The notes below the pieces were generated by a model. The model did not search any database. It had not been told where the DNA came from and worked only from the letters and a program-made list of their open reading frames with translations. This document shows positions 25,822 through 36,496 of a stretch of DNA of 64,000 nucleotides, piece by piece; within the stretch, counting starts at the first letter, position 1; every line of letters starts with the position of its first letter. This DNA comes from a virus, in IMG/VR virus record IMGVR_UViG_3300033978_000437; one strand, 5' to 3'. The translations under genes were made by a program, and so were the position numbers.

Positions 25822-26295
25822 TTATGTTGGGGGCAGCAGAGATATAGTTAGTTGAAAATTTATAGTTCTAGTCTGTGAGTCCTGTGCGTCGCCGGTCAAT
25901 GCCGTAACAAAACCTTGGAAAGATTTGTTAACCCCGATAGTCACTGTCACAGGCTCCTTACGCACTGAGATTCGGTTTAATTCATACCATTGGAACAGTT
26001 TTTCAAATCCATGTTCTGCCCCGTTTGAACCACAACTTTGCGCAAAGCTTATACCGTGTAAGTCTACTTGACCCATTCTGTCCCCAAAAACATAAACATA
26101 AACATCATTACCGATTGTATGCAGAAATTGAAAATTACCTGCAGCAGCGACACCAATGCGAGTAATAATAGTAGTGTGCTGTGTGTAAGTGATTGGGGAA
26201 TTACCAACTACTTTCCCCATTGATATTGCACCTTCAGCAACTGCATCATTAAGCATGAATACTCGCCCAGTATTTCTTGAAAAAATGACTGGCAT
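25822..26295 (-). CDS. Tail-tube-initiator-like baseplate protein
   Basis: 157 aa, beta-rich (FLHTIGNDVYVYVFGDRMGQVDLHG); directly follows the tape measure gene. Confidence 0.5.
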   Translation of the reverse strand: MPVIFSRNTGRVFMLNDAVAEGAISMGKVVGNSPITYTQHTTIITRIGVAAAGNFQFLHTIGNDVYVYVFGDRMGQVDLHGISFAQSCGSNGAEHGFEKLFQWYELNRISVRKEPVTVTIGVNKSFQGFVTALTGDAQDSQTRTINFQLTISLLPPT

Positions 26296-26306
26296 ATTTT
26301 ACTCCT

Positions 26307-29300
26307 TTAGCGTGTTGGGGCTAAAATGGTTTCACTCATATTGCCCTCGCCATTAACTGTGCCTTTGATTGTCAGTGTACCAGTTAACTTCATGGTCTTA
26401 TCTGCTTCTTTTTTAACATCTGCAGCAATATCTTGCGTACTAACTCGGCCTAAGGATTCTTTTAGATCTTTTTCCCCATACTTTCCTGGAGCCTTATCTT
26501 TCAGCCCCATAAACTCAGTCTTTTTCATCATACTGTCTAATGCGTCTTCAGACATACCATGCGTCTTTGCTAAAGCCTTCTTTTGCTCTGGAGTTTTAGC
26601 CTTAGCGTACTCGTCTGTGAGCATATCCAACTTATCAATAGCAGTAGCATCTTTACCCCCAATTGTGAGTTTGCCTACATCTTTAAGTACATTCGCAACC
26701 ATCTGTCTATTTCTATCGCCAGCAACACCCCCACTTTTTCCAAGATCTGCACTAAACTTTTGCCTATCTTCTTTAGTCGTCTTACCGAAAGCATCGGCTA
26801 GCGTGTTCATGGAATCACTGCCCAAGTCTTTATCCTTAGCTTCCTTGGCAATCTTTTGAGCATCTTTTTCTAAACCAGTCATAGTTCCAAGGTTCTTAAC
26901 AATGTCCGACTCGGACATACCACCAGCTCTCAGTTTTGTGGCTTCTGCTGTGTATTCCGCTTTTCGTTTTTCAAGCTGCTCTACCACACCTTGGTTGTTT
27001 AGGCGTTGTTCATACTTTTTAACATCTTCAGGTTTGTTGATGTCGAGTCCAGCTTCCTTCATCCGTGCTTCCTTAGAAGCAGTTTTCTTCTCAACAACCC
27101 CAGACAACCTTGCTACTTCTTGCTGTGCATTTGGGGAGTTTGGATTTCTAGCTAACATTTCTTTTGCGTTTGCTAGCTGGGTTTTTGATCCAGATAGTGA
27201 CGATTCATCTTGTCTTGCTGCTTGTAACTGTGCTTTAGCTGTCCCCTTTGTTGGATCATCTTTAAACATTTTAAGATTAGGATCGATCTCGCCACCTCTA
27301 ACCGCTTTTCGATAGTCTTCTTCTTTCATGCCCAAAGCTGCTGCATCTTTTGAGACATCTCTTGCGTCTTCTTTGGCCATCTTATCTAACGAGGTAATTT
27401 GATCTTTGTTTAACCCTGTTAAACCTTGCATGCCTTCTGCCGATTTGATTAGCTCTTTCTGTTCTGGGGTCATACCATCTGTATTAACTGGCTTACCCGC
27501 TGCGATTTGGTTGGTGATTGTTTTCAGATCTAGCCCAGCAGTAGCCTTCTTTAAATCCGTACCTTTTAAAGTGGCAGCCGAGCTTAAAGCTTGCAGCCCT
27601 TTTTCTTGTTCACTTGATGCGTCTTTACCTACCATTGTTTTTGCCAATGTCTTAGTTGCTTCTGTCGGCTTAAGCATATCTGCGTAGGTCTTATTGGCTG
27701 CTCCGGACATACCTTCTACGGAATCTTTCATGTTTCCAACTAAGTCTTTAGATTTAAGCGAAAGATAAGCAGCATAATCTTTTTCAGTAAGGTTACTTCC
27801 GCCAAACATGCCTGTGCCAACATCTTTACCAGCGGCTTTCAACCGCTCCGTTACTGTGGTCTTCTCTGCATCAGACAATTTATTGAAATCGGCTTTTACT
27901 TGGTCTTGCCCCTTCTTATCAAGAGCCACACCACCGCTGCTCACCATCTTGCCGACATCACCACCAAAATACTTATTTGCCATCGACTGCAGTTGTTCTT
28001 CAGACTCTTGACTTTGCTTAGCAGCTATTATTGCGCGTGCCCCACCACGGCTAACGGCTTTAGAGTCAGATAAGAATTCTCGTCTCATTTCTGAAAGACT
28101 GCCTATTCGAGATTCTGTATCTTGGGCCGCTCGCTTGCCCTCGGCAGAATCTGCGTAAGTGTTAGCTGCGTCCCGCTTCTTTGTGACATCTGCTTCGGTT
28201 TTTCCATAAAACTGTTCAATTTGTTTGTTGTCGATATACTTGCTAACAATTGCTGCTCTGTCTTCAGATTTGGCTGCAACTAAGTCTTTCTTCAATTGAG
28301 CTTTATCCGCCCCATCTAGACCCTTATATTTGGCAATATCTGCACCCTTACCGCTTAATTTTTCATCTGCTCCAAGCACACCGAGGCTGCGTAATTGATT
28401 TTCTGCAAGTAATTGATCTTCGGCTTTTTGAGTTAATTGTTTTTCACTGCTGTTGTAAGCTTTGAGAGCAGCTGGATCTAGGGCCTTTAACTCTTCTTTA
28501 GTTAATTTCTTTTGCCCCGCTGCTTCTGTTCGCATCAACTCTGTGCGTTCATCTACCGCCTTGGCAGTCGGCTTCAGCTCCACCCCACCTCGCCTACCTT
28601 GAATAATAGCATCTTGGGTTTTCTCATCCTTTAACCCCCCAACTGTTGCGTCTGCTCCAAGCTCTTCCCTCATCTCTTTAGCCCGAACATCTACGGAGAC
28701 TACATCACCCCGTAACTTTTCCTTTACTCGGGCACGCGCTGTTTCTTCATTAGCCCCGCTTTTAATCGCTTTGTCATAAACTGCTTTAGCTTCTGGGGAC
28801 AGATTTTTTATGGCACCAGCTGACAGCTTATCTGCTTCTTCTAATTGCTTAGTTCGATCCTTTTCCGCTAGTACTCGCATATCGCTGTCTGTAAGTTTTG
28901 TTGTTCCAGCATCTTTTCTTTCTTGCTTGGTTACTTCAGCAGTAGACCCAGCTGCCCGCACTTGTTCCATTCGGTTAAAGTGATCTAATTCTCGAGCAGC
29001 AGTTTTACCTTTAGCAATATCTGCTTGATTGAACTCCCCTTCTTTATCTGTGAGACCTAGACTATCTGACATCTCTCGGCTGGCTGTTACATGTTGCTTC
29101 AGCAATGCTGTTTCTTCTTTGATTTCCTTTTGAATTTTCTTTTTCTCTTCAGGGCTAGCACCTTGCAGTTTAGCGGTTAAACTTTCAATTTTAGACTGGC
29201 TTGCTCGTACACTTTCCAATGGTTTATTTAACTTAGCTGCGGCCTCATCCATATCTCCAGCAAACATATCTCCCATTAAAGTAGCTAAGTTAGCATCTTC

Positions 29301-31502
29301 TCCTTTATCCCCTTGCTTCTGTATTCCAGTAGACAATCGTTGTAAAATGCTACCTTTAGGTCCGAGCCCAGACATTGCTTCATTTAAACCAGCTCTTGCA
29401 CCCACTTCAGCTTGTTTCTCTTCTCGGCTTTCTCGCACAGCCTTACCATGCACTTGTGCGTAAGAAGTAGCATCCATTCCCAGCTTATTGCGTAGTACTG
29501 TCTCCCTCTGCCCAAAAGAAGTAGCAGCCATATTCTGAGCTTCTGCCTCACTTAAGACTACTCCACGGTTAGCCGCCTCTGCTTGTATTGCATCGGCAAT
29601 CGCTCGGTTTCTTTGTTTTGGATCTTGCAACTGTGCCATAGTCAATTCGTCAGTAGCATCCGTGGCCGCTTTACCAAGTGCAGCTGCAATTTCTGTGCGT
29701 TGCTTAGGATCTGCCACTTGTTCTTGAAGTGCTTTGCTTGACGATAGACGATTGCCGGTAGTTCTAGCAATTTGCTTTGCAATTTCAGCAGGCTGCTGTC
29801 TCATCGCAGCCTGTTGCCGCTCTTCATTAGTAGACAAAGCACGTAGGTTAGAAGTTCGATCCCCTAACATCATGTTAAAGTCCGAGGTGTTCATTCCATT
29901 CACAGCACCTCGCCCGACCATACTTCTAAATTCACCCTCTTTTGTTGGGGTGTTCTTTGTATGTGATTTACCTGAATCATCTACAAATGTGTAATTCGGT
30001 GCCCCAGAATCAGCGGCAGCTAATGCAGCTTTCATCTCTCGCCCAGCTTGATTCTCGGAAAAACCACCAGCTTCTTCGATGCGGGTTAAGGCTCCTAAAG
30101 AGTTAGCCATTTCAGAACCCATCCCACGAGAGAATAGGCCCATGGATGCCTGCTCTGCTTGTTCTCGGTTTAGTGCTCCAAATCCAGTAGCTCCACCATG
30201 CTCTGCAAAAGCCATACCTGTAGTAGTTCCAACCTTAAGCGATGTAGGATTAAAATGAACTCCATGACCCCCCATCATCTGAGTGTTCTGCGAGTTGGCA
30301 TATTGATTCATTGCAGTCAATTGATCGATACTTTTACCCGAAAGTTGAGACATGGCCTGCATATCTCGTACCATCGAAGTAAGCTGCCCTGGTGTAAATT
30401 TCTGCATCTGCCCCGAGGTCATGGCTTTAAGTGCATTTATTAATTTTGGAACAGGTGCGTTTGGATCTCCATTCTCACCGAACACCTCACGAATAGCCGA
30501 AAGCGATCCAACATAATTTTGTAGTTGGTCTGATATCTGCCTAGCGTCGTCCTTGCCCATTTTAGCTGAGACACCTGAATCTTTTCTCAGTTTAGATAAT
30601 TGTTCATTGGACAAGCTAGCAAGGTTGGTATCGTCTCCGATTTCAACTCCAACTTTTTTACCTATCGCTTTTAAATCCATCCCTTGTTCTCTACCTTCTT
30701 GTAAAGATTGAAGGGTGCGATCCCGCAAACTTCCGGTAGGACCAACCAAGCCTTCTGCGGATAATTGTCTATATGCTTGCCCCATATCTCCAGCCCGCAT
30801 CCCATTCATTTGGGCCATGTTGTCCCTAGAAAACATGTTTTCAAAAACATTATTAACTAAGTTTTTATTGGAGTCAGTGCTGTATCCCATTTTACCTGTG
30901 ATGGGGTCCGCTCGGTAGCGGTTTGCTTCCATCATCTGCCCAGCCATTGCTTGTACGCTGCCTTTTTCCCCAGAAATTGCATCCATGAAATCAGGAGCGA
31001 CCATTGATAAAGTAGGCCCAAGCGAAGAAATAGTATCCGCCATATTGCGTGCGGCTTCTCGTTGTCTACGATCAAAAGGAACGCCAGCTAAAGCAGCGGC
31101 TCCTCGGAAAGAACGATAAATACCCTCGGAGTCTTGCCCCGCCACCCCTGCACCTACTTCATTTTTCATCCGTAAGTGTTCACGAGTGCGGTGTGCTTGC
31201 ATGTAGGAACCAGCGTTACCCATAGGCATTAAGCCTTGCTGCTGCATCTGCTGAGATAAGTAAGCATTACCAGCACCCGCAGCTAGCATTCCACCTATGC
31301 CAAATTGTTGTAAGTTTAGAGGAGCTAAAGGAGATGTGTCGGGTAATGCATTACCTTGGATCGGAGAGGAATATCCTCGTGCCAACTGAGCTAAATACCC
31401 AGCACCCCCAGTGGGATGGGGACTAAATGCTCCACCTGGGAGCATCCCTAGTCCTTGTGTTGCATCTTGCATCCACTCTAATTGGCTGGGATCCATGGTC
31501 AT
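26307..31502 (-). CDS. Tape measure protein
   Basis: 1731 aa; helical and A/G/K/E/Q/M-rich; almost no Cys or Trp; follows the chaperone pair and precedes the baseplate genes. Confidence 0.85.
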   Translation of the reverse strand: MTMDPSQLEWMQDATQGLGMLPGGAFSPHPTGGAGYLAQLARGYSSPIQGNALPDTSPLAPLNLQQFGIGGMLAAGAGNAYLSQQMQQQGLMPMGNAGSYMQAHRTREHLRMKNEVGAGVAGQDSEGIYRSFRGAAALAGVPFDRRQREAARNMADTISSLGPTLSMVAPDFMDAISGEKGSVQAMAGQMMEANRYRADPITGKMGYSTDSNKNLVNNVFENMFSRDNMAQMNGMRAGDMGQAYRQLSAEGLVGPTGSLRDRTLQSLQEGREQGMDLKAIGKKVGVEIGDDTNLASLSNEQLSKLRKDSGVSAKMGKDDARQISDQLQNYVGSLSAIREVFGENGDPNAPVPKLINALKAMTSGQMQKFTPGQLTSMVRDMQAMSQLSGKSIDQLTAMNQYANSQNTQMMGGHGVHFNPTSLKVGTTTGMAFAEHGGATGFGALNREQAEQASMGLFSRGMGSEMANSLGALTRIEEAGGFSENQAGREMKAALAAADSGAPNYTFVDDSGKSHTKNTPTKEGEFRSMVGRGAVNGMNTSDFNMMLGDRTSNLRALSTNEERQQAAMRQQPAEIAKQIARTTGNRLSSSKALQEQVADPKQRTEIAAALGKAATDATDELTMAQLQDPKQRNRAIADAIQAEAANRGVVLSEAEAQNMAATSFGQRETVLRNKLGMDATSYAQVHGKAVRESREEKQAEVGARAGLNEAMSGLGPKGSILQRLSTGIQKQGDKGEDANLATLMGDMFAGDMDEAAAKLNKPLESVRASQSKIESLTAKLQGASPEEKKKIQKEIKEETALLKQHVTASREMSDSLGLTDKEGEFNQADIAKGKTAARELDHFNRMEQVRAAGSTAEVTKQERKDAGTTKLTDSDMRVLAEKDRTKQLEEADKLSAGAIKNLSPEAKAVYDKAIKSGANEETARARVKEKLRGDVVSVDVRAKEMREELGADATVGGLKDEKTQDAIIQGRRGGVELKPTAKAVDERTELMRTEAAGQKKLTKEELKALDPAALKAYNSSEKQLTQKAEDQLLAENQLRSLGVLGADEKLSGKGADIAKYKGLDGADKAQLKKDLVAAKSEDRAAIVSKYIDNKQIEQFYGKTEADVTKKRDAANTYADSAEGKRAAQDTESRIGSLSEMRREFLSDSKAVSRGGARAIIAAKQSQESEEQLQSMANKYFGGDVGKMVSSGGVALDKKGQDQVKADFNKLSDAEKTTVTERLKAAGKDVGTGMFGGSNLTEKDYAAYLSLKSKDLVGNMKDSVEGMSGAANKTYADMLKPTEATKTLAKTMVGKDASSEQEKGLQALSSAATLKGTDLKKATAGLDLKTITNQIAAGKPVNTDGMTPEQKELIKSAEGMQGLTGLNKDQITSLDKMAKEDARDVSKDAAALGMKEEDYRKAVRGGEIDPNLKMFKDDPTKGTAKAQLQAARQDESSLSGSKTQLANAKEMLARNPNSPNAQQEVARLSGVVEKKTASKEARMKEAGLDINKPEDVKKYEQRLNNQGVVEQLEKRKAEYTAEATKLRAGGMSESDIVKNLGTMTGLEKDAQKIAKEAKDKDLGSDSMNTLADAFGKTTKEDRQKFSADLGKSGGVAGDRNRQMVANVLKDVGKLTIGGKDATAIDKLDMLTDEYAKAKTPEQKKALAKTHGMSEDALDSMMKKTEFMGLKDKAPGKYGEKDLKESLGRVSTQDIAADVKKEADKTMKLTGTLTIKGTVNGEGNMSETILAPTR

Positions 31503-31993
31503 TTTATGCGTCCTTGCTGCCTAAGCCGCTTTAACCTTAAGTTTTCTAACTTGGTATAGAATGCGGTTTCCTTTCCTGCAGTTTCATCTTCAGCTTTTTT
31601 AATCCTATCTGACACGGCTGAAGCTAATCCTTCTATCTCTTTTTCCCATTTTGCTTTAGCTTCTGCATCGTCAGGATCAAAACCCGCTAGAGCTTTCCAT
31701 TGCTCTTTAAAATTTATAACATCCTTAGTATGACGATCTTCTGAAGATCGACCAAGCCAAGGCCGCAAACTTCCTTCTAAATCTGCAAAAAGTTCTTTAC
31801 ATTCTTTTTGTAATTTAGAAAAATCCTCTGAAGAAAGTTTTGAACTAGAAACTAATGACAGTTGGAATTCGTAGGCATGATATAAAAGTTTTTCTCGAGA
31901 ATCTTCCTCTAGTGCTCGAATTAAATATTTCCAACGAGTCCACCACATACTGCTATGTAAGTCTGCCTTACTGTAATCAATCATGCCACGCAT
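31499..31993 (-). CDS. Tail assembly chaperone, second ORF (probably the -1 frameshift extension of the upstream ORF)
   Basis: No SD before the ATG at 31993; the frame is open upstream to ~32047, across the slippery site. Confidence 0.7.
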   Translation of the reverse strand: MRGMIDYSKADLHSSMWWTRWKYLIRALEEDSREKLLYHAYEFQLSLVSSSKLSSEDFSKLQKECKELFADLEGSLRPWLGRSSEDRHTKDVINFKEQWKALAGFDPDDAEAKAKWEKEIEGLASAVSDRIKKAEDETAGKETAFYTKLENLRLKRLRQQGRIK

Positions 31994-32007
31994 CGCCGAC
32001 CGAACAG

Positions 32008-32952
32008 TTAAGACAGCTGCTCGATCCCGTTCATAAAATTTGGGTCGTCAACGCACACCTCCAGCTTGACAACTAAACGATTAAATTTACTGCAGCTGTG
32101 CGAAACAATACGATGTAGATGTTCTGTGCATAACACATTAGTAAGTATGTAATCTTTTATCTGTTCTATAAGACTTGGGCCGTTATCTGCTTCTTCCTTG
32201 TAGCAACCTTTTTCTTTTAAAAAAGTATCCCAGAAGGATTCTGCGTTAGGATGTGTTTCTTTAGTCAACCCATCTGGAAGCGTCATGTGTAACGAACTCT
32301 GCTGCGCAGACAGACTAGTAAGCTGAAGGTAAAGGCGTAATCGGTTTAAGTATTCGTAATAGTCATCCCTTGTTGCAATGACCCCCATCTTTGATGCTCT
32401 AAATGTTTCTTGGTAAAGTACATCAATTTCTCTTAAAGTTAACGAGCGGAAAGTTATGCGTAAATGTCCTGAATATAGTAGGTATCGCTTTGTAAAAACT
32501 TTTTGCCCTAACAGCATTTGTAGAAATCCAAGCTTGTCAATATGGCTCGGTTCTTCAATAACTGGCATATTATTATCCCACCCGCATTGGGGACAAATAT
32601 GTAAAACAGAACCTAATTCATCGTCATCTTTCTTGTCTTCTTCTACTTCTGTTTCCACAGCAGCGGGAGGCGGTGGAGGTGCAAAGTCGCTAGGTAAGTC
32701 GGGTACAACATCTACAATAGGTGCGTCAGTTTCTACTTGTAGTCGTAAAGGTGGTTCGAGCACCATTGGAGGTGTGTCAGCAGTGTCCTCTGTAGCGGCA
32801 ATACCTACAAATTCTATCTTTGCATCTTGCTTAGGTGGAGGTACATGCCCAAGAGAAATTAACGCTTCCTCTAAAGTTTGTCCTTTAGCTTTAGCCACTT
32901 CTTCTAATAGCTGTCGTTCTTCATCAGATATTCGGCTCAAATCTAGCATCAC
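32008..32952 (-). CDS. Tail assembly chaperone (gpG-like)
   Basis: Lies between spike and tape measure genes; contains CPQCGW and ITFRSLTLREID; ends ...DDPNF. Confidence 0.65.
   Translation of the reverse strand: MMLDLSRISDEERQLLEEVAKAKGQTLEEALISLGHVPPPKQDAKIEFVGIAATEDTADTPPMVLEPPLRLQVETDAPIVDVVPDLPSDFAPPPPPAAVETEVEEDKKDDDELGSVLHICPQCGWDNNMPVIEEPSHIDKLGFLQMLLGQKVFTKRYLLYSGHLRITFRSLTLREIDVLYQETFRASKMGVIATRDDYYEYLNRLRLYLQLTSLSAQQSSLHMTLPDGLTKETHPNAESFWDTFLKEKGCYKEEADNGPSLIEQIKDYILTNVLCTEHLHRIVSHSCSKFNRLVVKLEVCVDDPNFMNGIEQLS
32035..32041 (-). other. Programmed -1 ribosomal frameshift slippery heptamer A AAT TTT
   Basis: CCA AAT TTT ATG in frame 0 fits X XXY YYZ. The -1 frame opens at a TGA just upstream and joins 31499..31993. 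Confidence 0.75.
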
Positions 32953-32958
32953 TACTCC

Positions 32959-35766
32959 TTACATTGAATAATTTCCGTCACATACCCGTTCTTTCCATTG
33001 AGGAAAACTAGGCTCCTCATACTTTTTCGTATTATCTTTTCGACTTCTTGCCTTCTTAGTCTCAAACAATTTAAATTTGTTTTCATCGCTATACCCTAGG
33101 AATACTTTTTTAGTTACCCAGTTAATTTTGCCGGGCCATGGGTATAATTCTTTACCTTGATACTTCACCACCTTCTCTGTCCAAGTTCTACCGGCTGATG
33201 CTAGCATACCCATGCGTTCCAATTGTTGCCACCTAGTTTCTAATAAGAAAAACCCAGTTGCAGAATAACCATAAGCATTACCTCTAATCGAAGTATCTCG
33301 GTAAGAAAATCCAATTTGATTTCCAAGTAAATTACTGTTACCAGGTTGAGAAGGTTTCCAGTAAAAATTAGAGTAGAATCCTAAAAAAATAGGATTACCG
33401 TCTTTAATATGATCTCTAGCTGATTTTGTAAATTGAGCAATGGATTTAGAAAGTATTTCAGATAAATTACTCTTGGAGCTATCTCCAACTTTGGGGTAAC
33501 CGCCTTTACATGCCATCCCCCCAACAGATTGAATATCTCTTAGAGAGTATATGCCACCAGCTGCTGTAAGACTTCCACCATTAACAATTCCCACGTGACC
33601 TTCTATGACGGCTGGACCATGCACCTTAGCAAAGCCAGCACCAAAATAGTGAGAGGCTGTCATCTGCGTGGCCCCTTGACCAGAAGGTGAATGCCATATG
33701 CCAACCCCGCCAGTACAAAAAAAGTCAAACGATCTAGCATAAGAAACCATGCTAGAACGACCATTGGCACAGTCTATGATTAAATCGCCAGTGCTTTCTG
33801 GGTTACCTTCATCCACCCCAGTGCGAATGTAGGCAGTTTTTGACATAGTGTTTACAGAACCACCACGACTGAGCAGCGTAATACCTGTTGCCCTTACTTC
33901 TTCCCCAATAAGACCTTGATAAACTTGAGCTACTCCCTTCCCTTTCGATTCTAAAAGCATGCCACCGGCTCCAGAATTACCGGCAAGCAGCTGCATATTA
34001 CGCTCAGCTTTAATTCTAACATCGTATTCGTTTGAGGAAATATCTACGCTACCTCTTGCTCTAATTATCGCTTCGTTAGCTAATGTGACTACACGCGCAC
34101 CCGACATCAACATCACATCACCACCAGCTTCTAGCCTAATTTGTCCTCCGCCCATCAGCAACTGAGAACCATATCCATCTGCAATAACAATGCTTCCATC
34201 CTCTGCAATCGTAATAAATGCAGCGGTGTTATAGTAATTTACATCTTTATACCGTTCATCAATGAGAAGCTTTTGCGGTGTAACTTCAACATATGCTTTG
34301 GACATTTCCCCACGATAAAAACGAATCTCTGTTAATGGGCTCTTGTTATCCCCTTCTTCTGGGTAATCATAATCTTTTTTATGATAGAAAAAGGGATGAG
34401 TAGACTTCCAGTTATAATGATGTGTAAGTAAATCCATAATGCCAGCGGGGCGCAGTATATTTTTAAGGACAGCAACACTATCGTCTTTCCAGTCTAGAAC
34501 TACATGGTTTGGACCTCCTCCGAATTTACCGCTAAACTTATATTGGCCTCTGTTAGGTCTTTCTGTTAAATCTTCGCCTTGAGTATCTTCTGTTAATCGT
34601 TTGCGTCTAGGATTGGGGATTAGTGGATATTTAGCCAGCATAATCTGTTTAGCCGACCTCACCGAATAACTTCCATCTAATGCTATTAATTCTTGAAATA
34701 ACCCTATATCTTTATCTTTTGCAGCATCAGTCATTAATCTTTTGCCACTGTCTTTAGCTGGCTTAATTAATGTGCGGTTAAATCCTTGACCAAGATATCC
34801 CGTGTAATCAGTTAAACGATACAGTGGAGTTTGACTCTGATCTTGTACTTCCTCTAATCCAAACGGAAATAGCCTATCCATCTGAACTGCTTCTGCACTG
34901 TTAGTCTTAGTGAACTTTTCAAGGGGAGCATACATCCCAGCAGCTTCCCATGGATAAGTTGCATGTCCAATTAATGAGAAGTTTTCACCCTCATCGTACT
35001 GCTGTATATTGTGGGTACAATACGACATAATGTTTAAAGATAAGCCAGCTAGCTTAGTGTAATTATCAAAGTAGTTTAACCAGAGACCGCAAGTTTCATT
35101 CACACGCAGATAAGTTTGAAAAGAGTCAATTAAAAGGCCGATACCCGTTTCAGACATACGGACATATTCACCAATAGTCCCATCCATTGGCCGTCCGCAA
35201 GATTGAGAAACCCAACCATGCCCTCTTGCTGCTGTCCTTGGAATATTACGATAAGCATCTACTTTCTTAGGGCCGGAGTTGCCACCCTGTTGAATATGAT
35301 CTGACGCATTAAAGTCATCATGGAGCACAGGGGAAGGGAGCACTGCTAAGATGTAAGCTAACTCTGAGGAGGCTGGATTCCAAATCAACACATTAGAATT
35401 AGGTGCAATTACTTCGCCCGAGCGTACACCTAGCGGAGTGCGGGAATGATTAGAGGCAGAAGTTGCAATGCAAGTGCCTTGCCTTCCAGTTAATTGAACT
35501 TTGTAACAATGAACATATGGAAGAGCTAAAAGAACACGGCCTACCCGTAAAGGCGTGTCTGAGGCTAAAGGAGATGAGTGGTTGGCTGCGTTATTTTTTG
35601 AGTCGCTGACTTGACCGCCAGCTAGTAATTGATCCCAAGAGGAAGCCCCATCTAGTCTAGATCTGAGTGCAGAGATTAAACCAAGATCACCAGCATTAGC
35701 CCCTGTAGACTTTTCATTGTACACTGCTGGTTTACTATCAACAGAAGATCCTGGACTGTATGCCAT
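32959..35766 (-). CDS. Baseplate central spike (gp5/VgrG-like)
   Basis: N-terminal OB-fold-like VGRVLL...YKVQL...PNSNVLIW...YILAVLP; beta-helix-like repeats ITIAEDGSIVIADGYGSQLLMGGGQIRLEAGGDVMLMSG. Confidence 0.65.
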   Translation of the reverse strand: MAYSPGSSVDSKPAVYNEKSTGANAGDLGLISALRSRLDGASSWDQLLAGGQVSDSKNNAANHSSPLASDTPLRVGRVLLALPYVHCYKVQLTGRQGTCIATSASNHSRTPLGVRSGEVIAPNSNVLIWNPASSELAYILAVLPSPVLHDDFNASDHIQQGGNSGPKKVDAYRNIPRTAARGHGWVSQSCGRPMDGTIGEYVRMSETGIGLLIDSFQTYLRVNETCGLWLNYFDNYTKLAGLSLNIMSYCTHNIQQYDEGENFSLIGHATYPWEAAGMYAPLEKFTKTNSAEAVQMDRLFPFGLEEVQDQSQTPLYRLTDYTGYLGQGFNRTLIKPAKDSGKRLMTDAAKDKDIGLFQELIALDGSYSVRSAKQIMLAKYPLIPNPRRKRLTEDTQGEDLTERPNRGQYKFSGKFGGGPNHVVLDWKDDSVAVLKNILRPAGIMDLLTHHYNWKSTHPFFYHKKDYDYPEEGDNKSPLTEIRFYRGEMSKAYVEVTPQKLLIDERYKDVNYYNTAAFITIAEDGSIVIADGYGSQLLMGGGQIRLEAGGDVMLMSGARVVTLANEAIIRARGSVDISSNEYDVRIKAERNMQLLAGNSGAGGMLLESKGKGVAQVYQGLIGEEVRATGITLLSRGGSVNTMSKTAYIRTGVDEGNPESTGDLIIDCANGRSSMVSYARSFDFFCTGGVGIWHSPSGQGATQMTASHYFGAGFAKVHGPAVIEGHVGIVNGGSLTAAGGIYSLRDIQSVGGMACKGGYPKVGDSSKSNLSEILSKSIAQFTKSARDHIKDGNPIFLGFYSNFYWKPSQPGNSNLLGNQIGFSYRDTSIRGNAYGYSATGFFLLETRWQQLERMGMLASAGRTWTEKVVKYQGKELYPWPGKINWVTKKVFLGYSDENKFKLFETKKARSRKDNTKKYEEPSFPQWKERVCDGNYSM

Positions 35767-35805
35767 ATGTGTCTCACCTTAGGGTGCGTTTGGAGCTTAA
35801 AGCTC

Positions 35806-35836
35806 AAAAAACTGGCCCAACCTAAGTTGAGCCAGT
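35806..35836 (-). terminator. Rho-independent terminator after the tail tube gene
   Basis: ACTGGCTCAAC-TTAG-GTTGGGCCAGT followed by TTTTT on the minus strand. Confidence 0.85.
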
Positions 35837-35840
35837 CGGT

Positions 35841-35858
35841 TTAAAATCCGGATTTTAA
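35841..35858. promoter_or_regulatory. Perfect 18-bp palindrome TTAAAATCCGGATTTTAA (candidate operator or RNA hairpin)
   Basis: Sits between the tube stop codon and the terminator; related copies at 59906-59923 and 43911-43925. Confidence 0.5.
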
Positions 35859-35859
35859 C

Positions 35860-36396
35860 TTATGCTGTTTCACATGTTAGGTTTGCAAACATGAGTGTAA
35901 TATTTTCATTTACAAGCATGTCTTGCGATCCAACAGTAACGCTTAAGTTAGTCATTAAAGCACCCGTAATGGAATACTTTACTTTATTAAAGTTTGCTGC
36001 CCCTACTGCATTTTTAAAAGGCGCAGGTTTTGAGGTACCTGAAGCTGCGTCACACCCTCCTGCGAAGGTGAATGAAAAATCTTGAGGGGAACAAACATTA
36101 CCCATTTTGTTATAAAAATCACAAAGTGCACCAGACTGCGGTCCAAGTATTCGAGCAATCGTACCTTGTCCTTGAGTACGACCACCTACATAGAATACAG
36201 GAACAACACCACCTGCTGCCCCACCGCTACCACCATTTGAAACATCGTAGATGCGTGCAACTTGCTGAGAGAATGACATGTTGACGTTCTGTACGATGCC
36301 TACATTAGTAGGGGTGCCTGCAATTGTTAATGCAGCAACATCCGAGGCAAAAGCTCCGGCAAACTGCGTTCGTTGTCTTTGATAGATATCTGACAT
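35860..36396 (-). CDS. Tail tube protein
   Basis: 178 aa directly after the sheath; GIVQNVNMSFSQQVARIYDV...FYVGGRTQGQGTIARI; strong SD. Confidence 0.8.
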   Translation of the reverse strand: MSDIYQRQRTQFAGAFASDVAALTIAGTPTNVGIVQNVNMSFSQQVARIYDVSNGGSGGAAGGVVPVFYVGGRTQGQGTIARILGPQSGALCDFYNKMGNVCSPQDFSFTFAGGCDAASGTSKPAPFKNAVGAANFNKVKYSITGALMTNLSVTVGSQDMLVNENITLMFANLTCETA

Positions 36397-36407
36397 AGAA
36401 GTTACTC

Positions 36408-36434
36408 CTTGAAATTATAAAGCTATAAAGCCAC
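36408..36434 (-). promoter_or_regulatory. Candidate phage promoter GTGGCT-N10-ATAATTTCAAG upstream of the tube gene
   Basis: Same bipartite motif as 55880-55907; located just after the sheath terminator. Confidence 0.5.
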
Positions 36435-36456
36435 TTATAGCGGTTAGCCACTAGGG

Positions 36457-36486
36457 AAAATCTAGGGGGCTGGCAGGCCCCCTAGA
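36457..36486 (-). terminator. Rho-independent terminator after the tail sheath gene
   Basis: TCTAGGGGGC-CTGCCA-GCCCCCTAGA followed by TTTT. Confidence 0.8.
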
Positions 36487-36496
36487 AAAGGCCACA

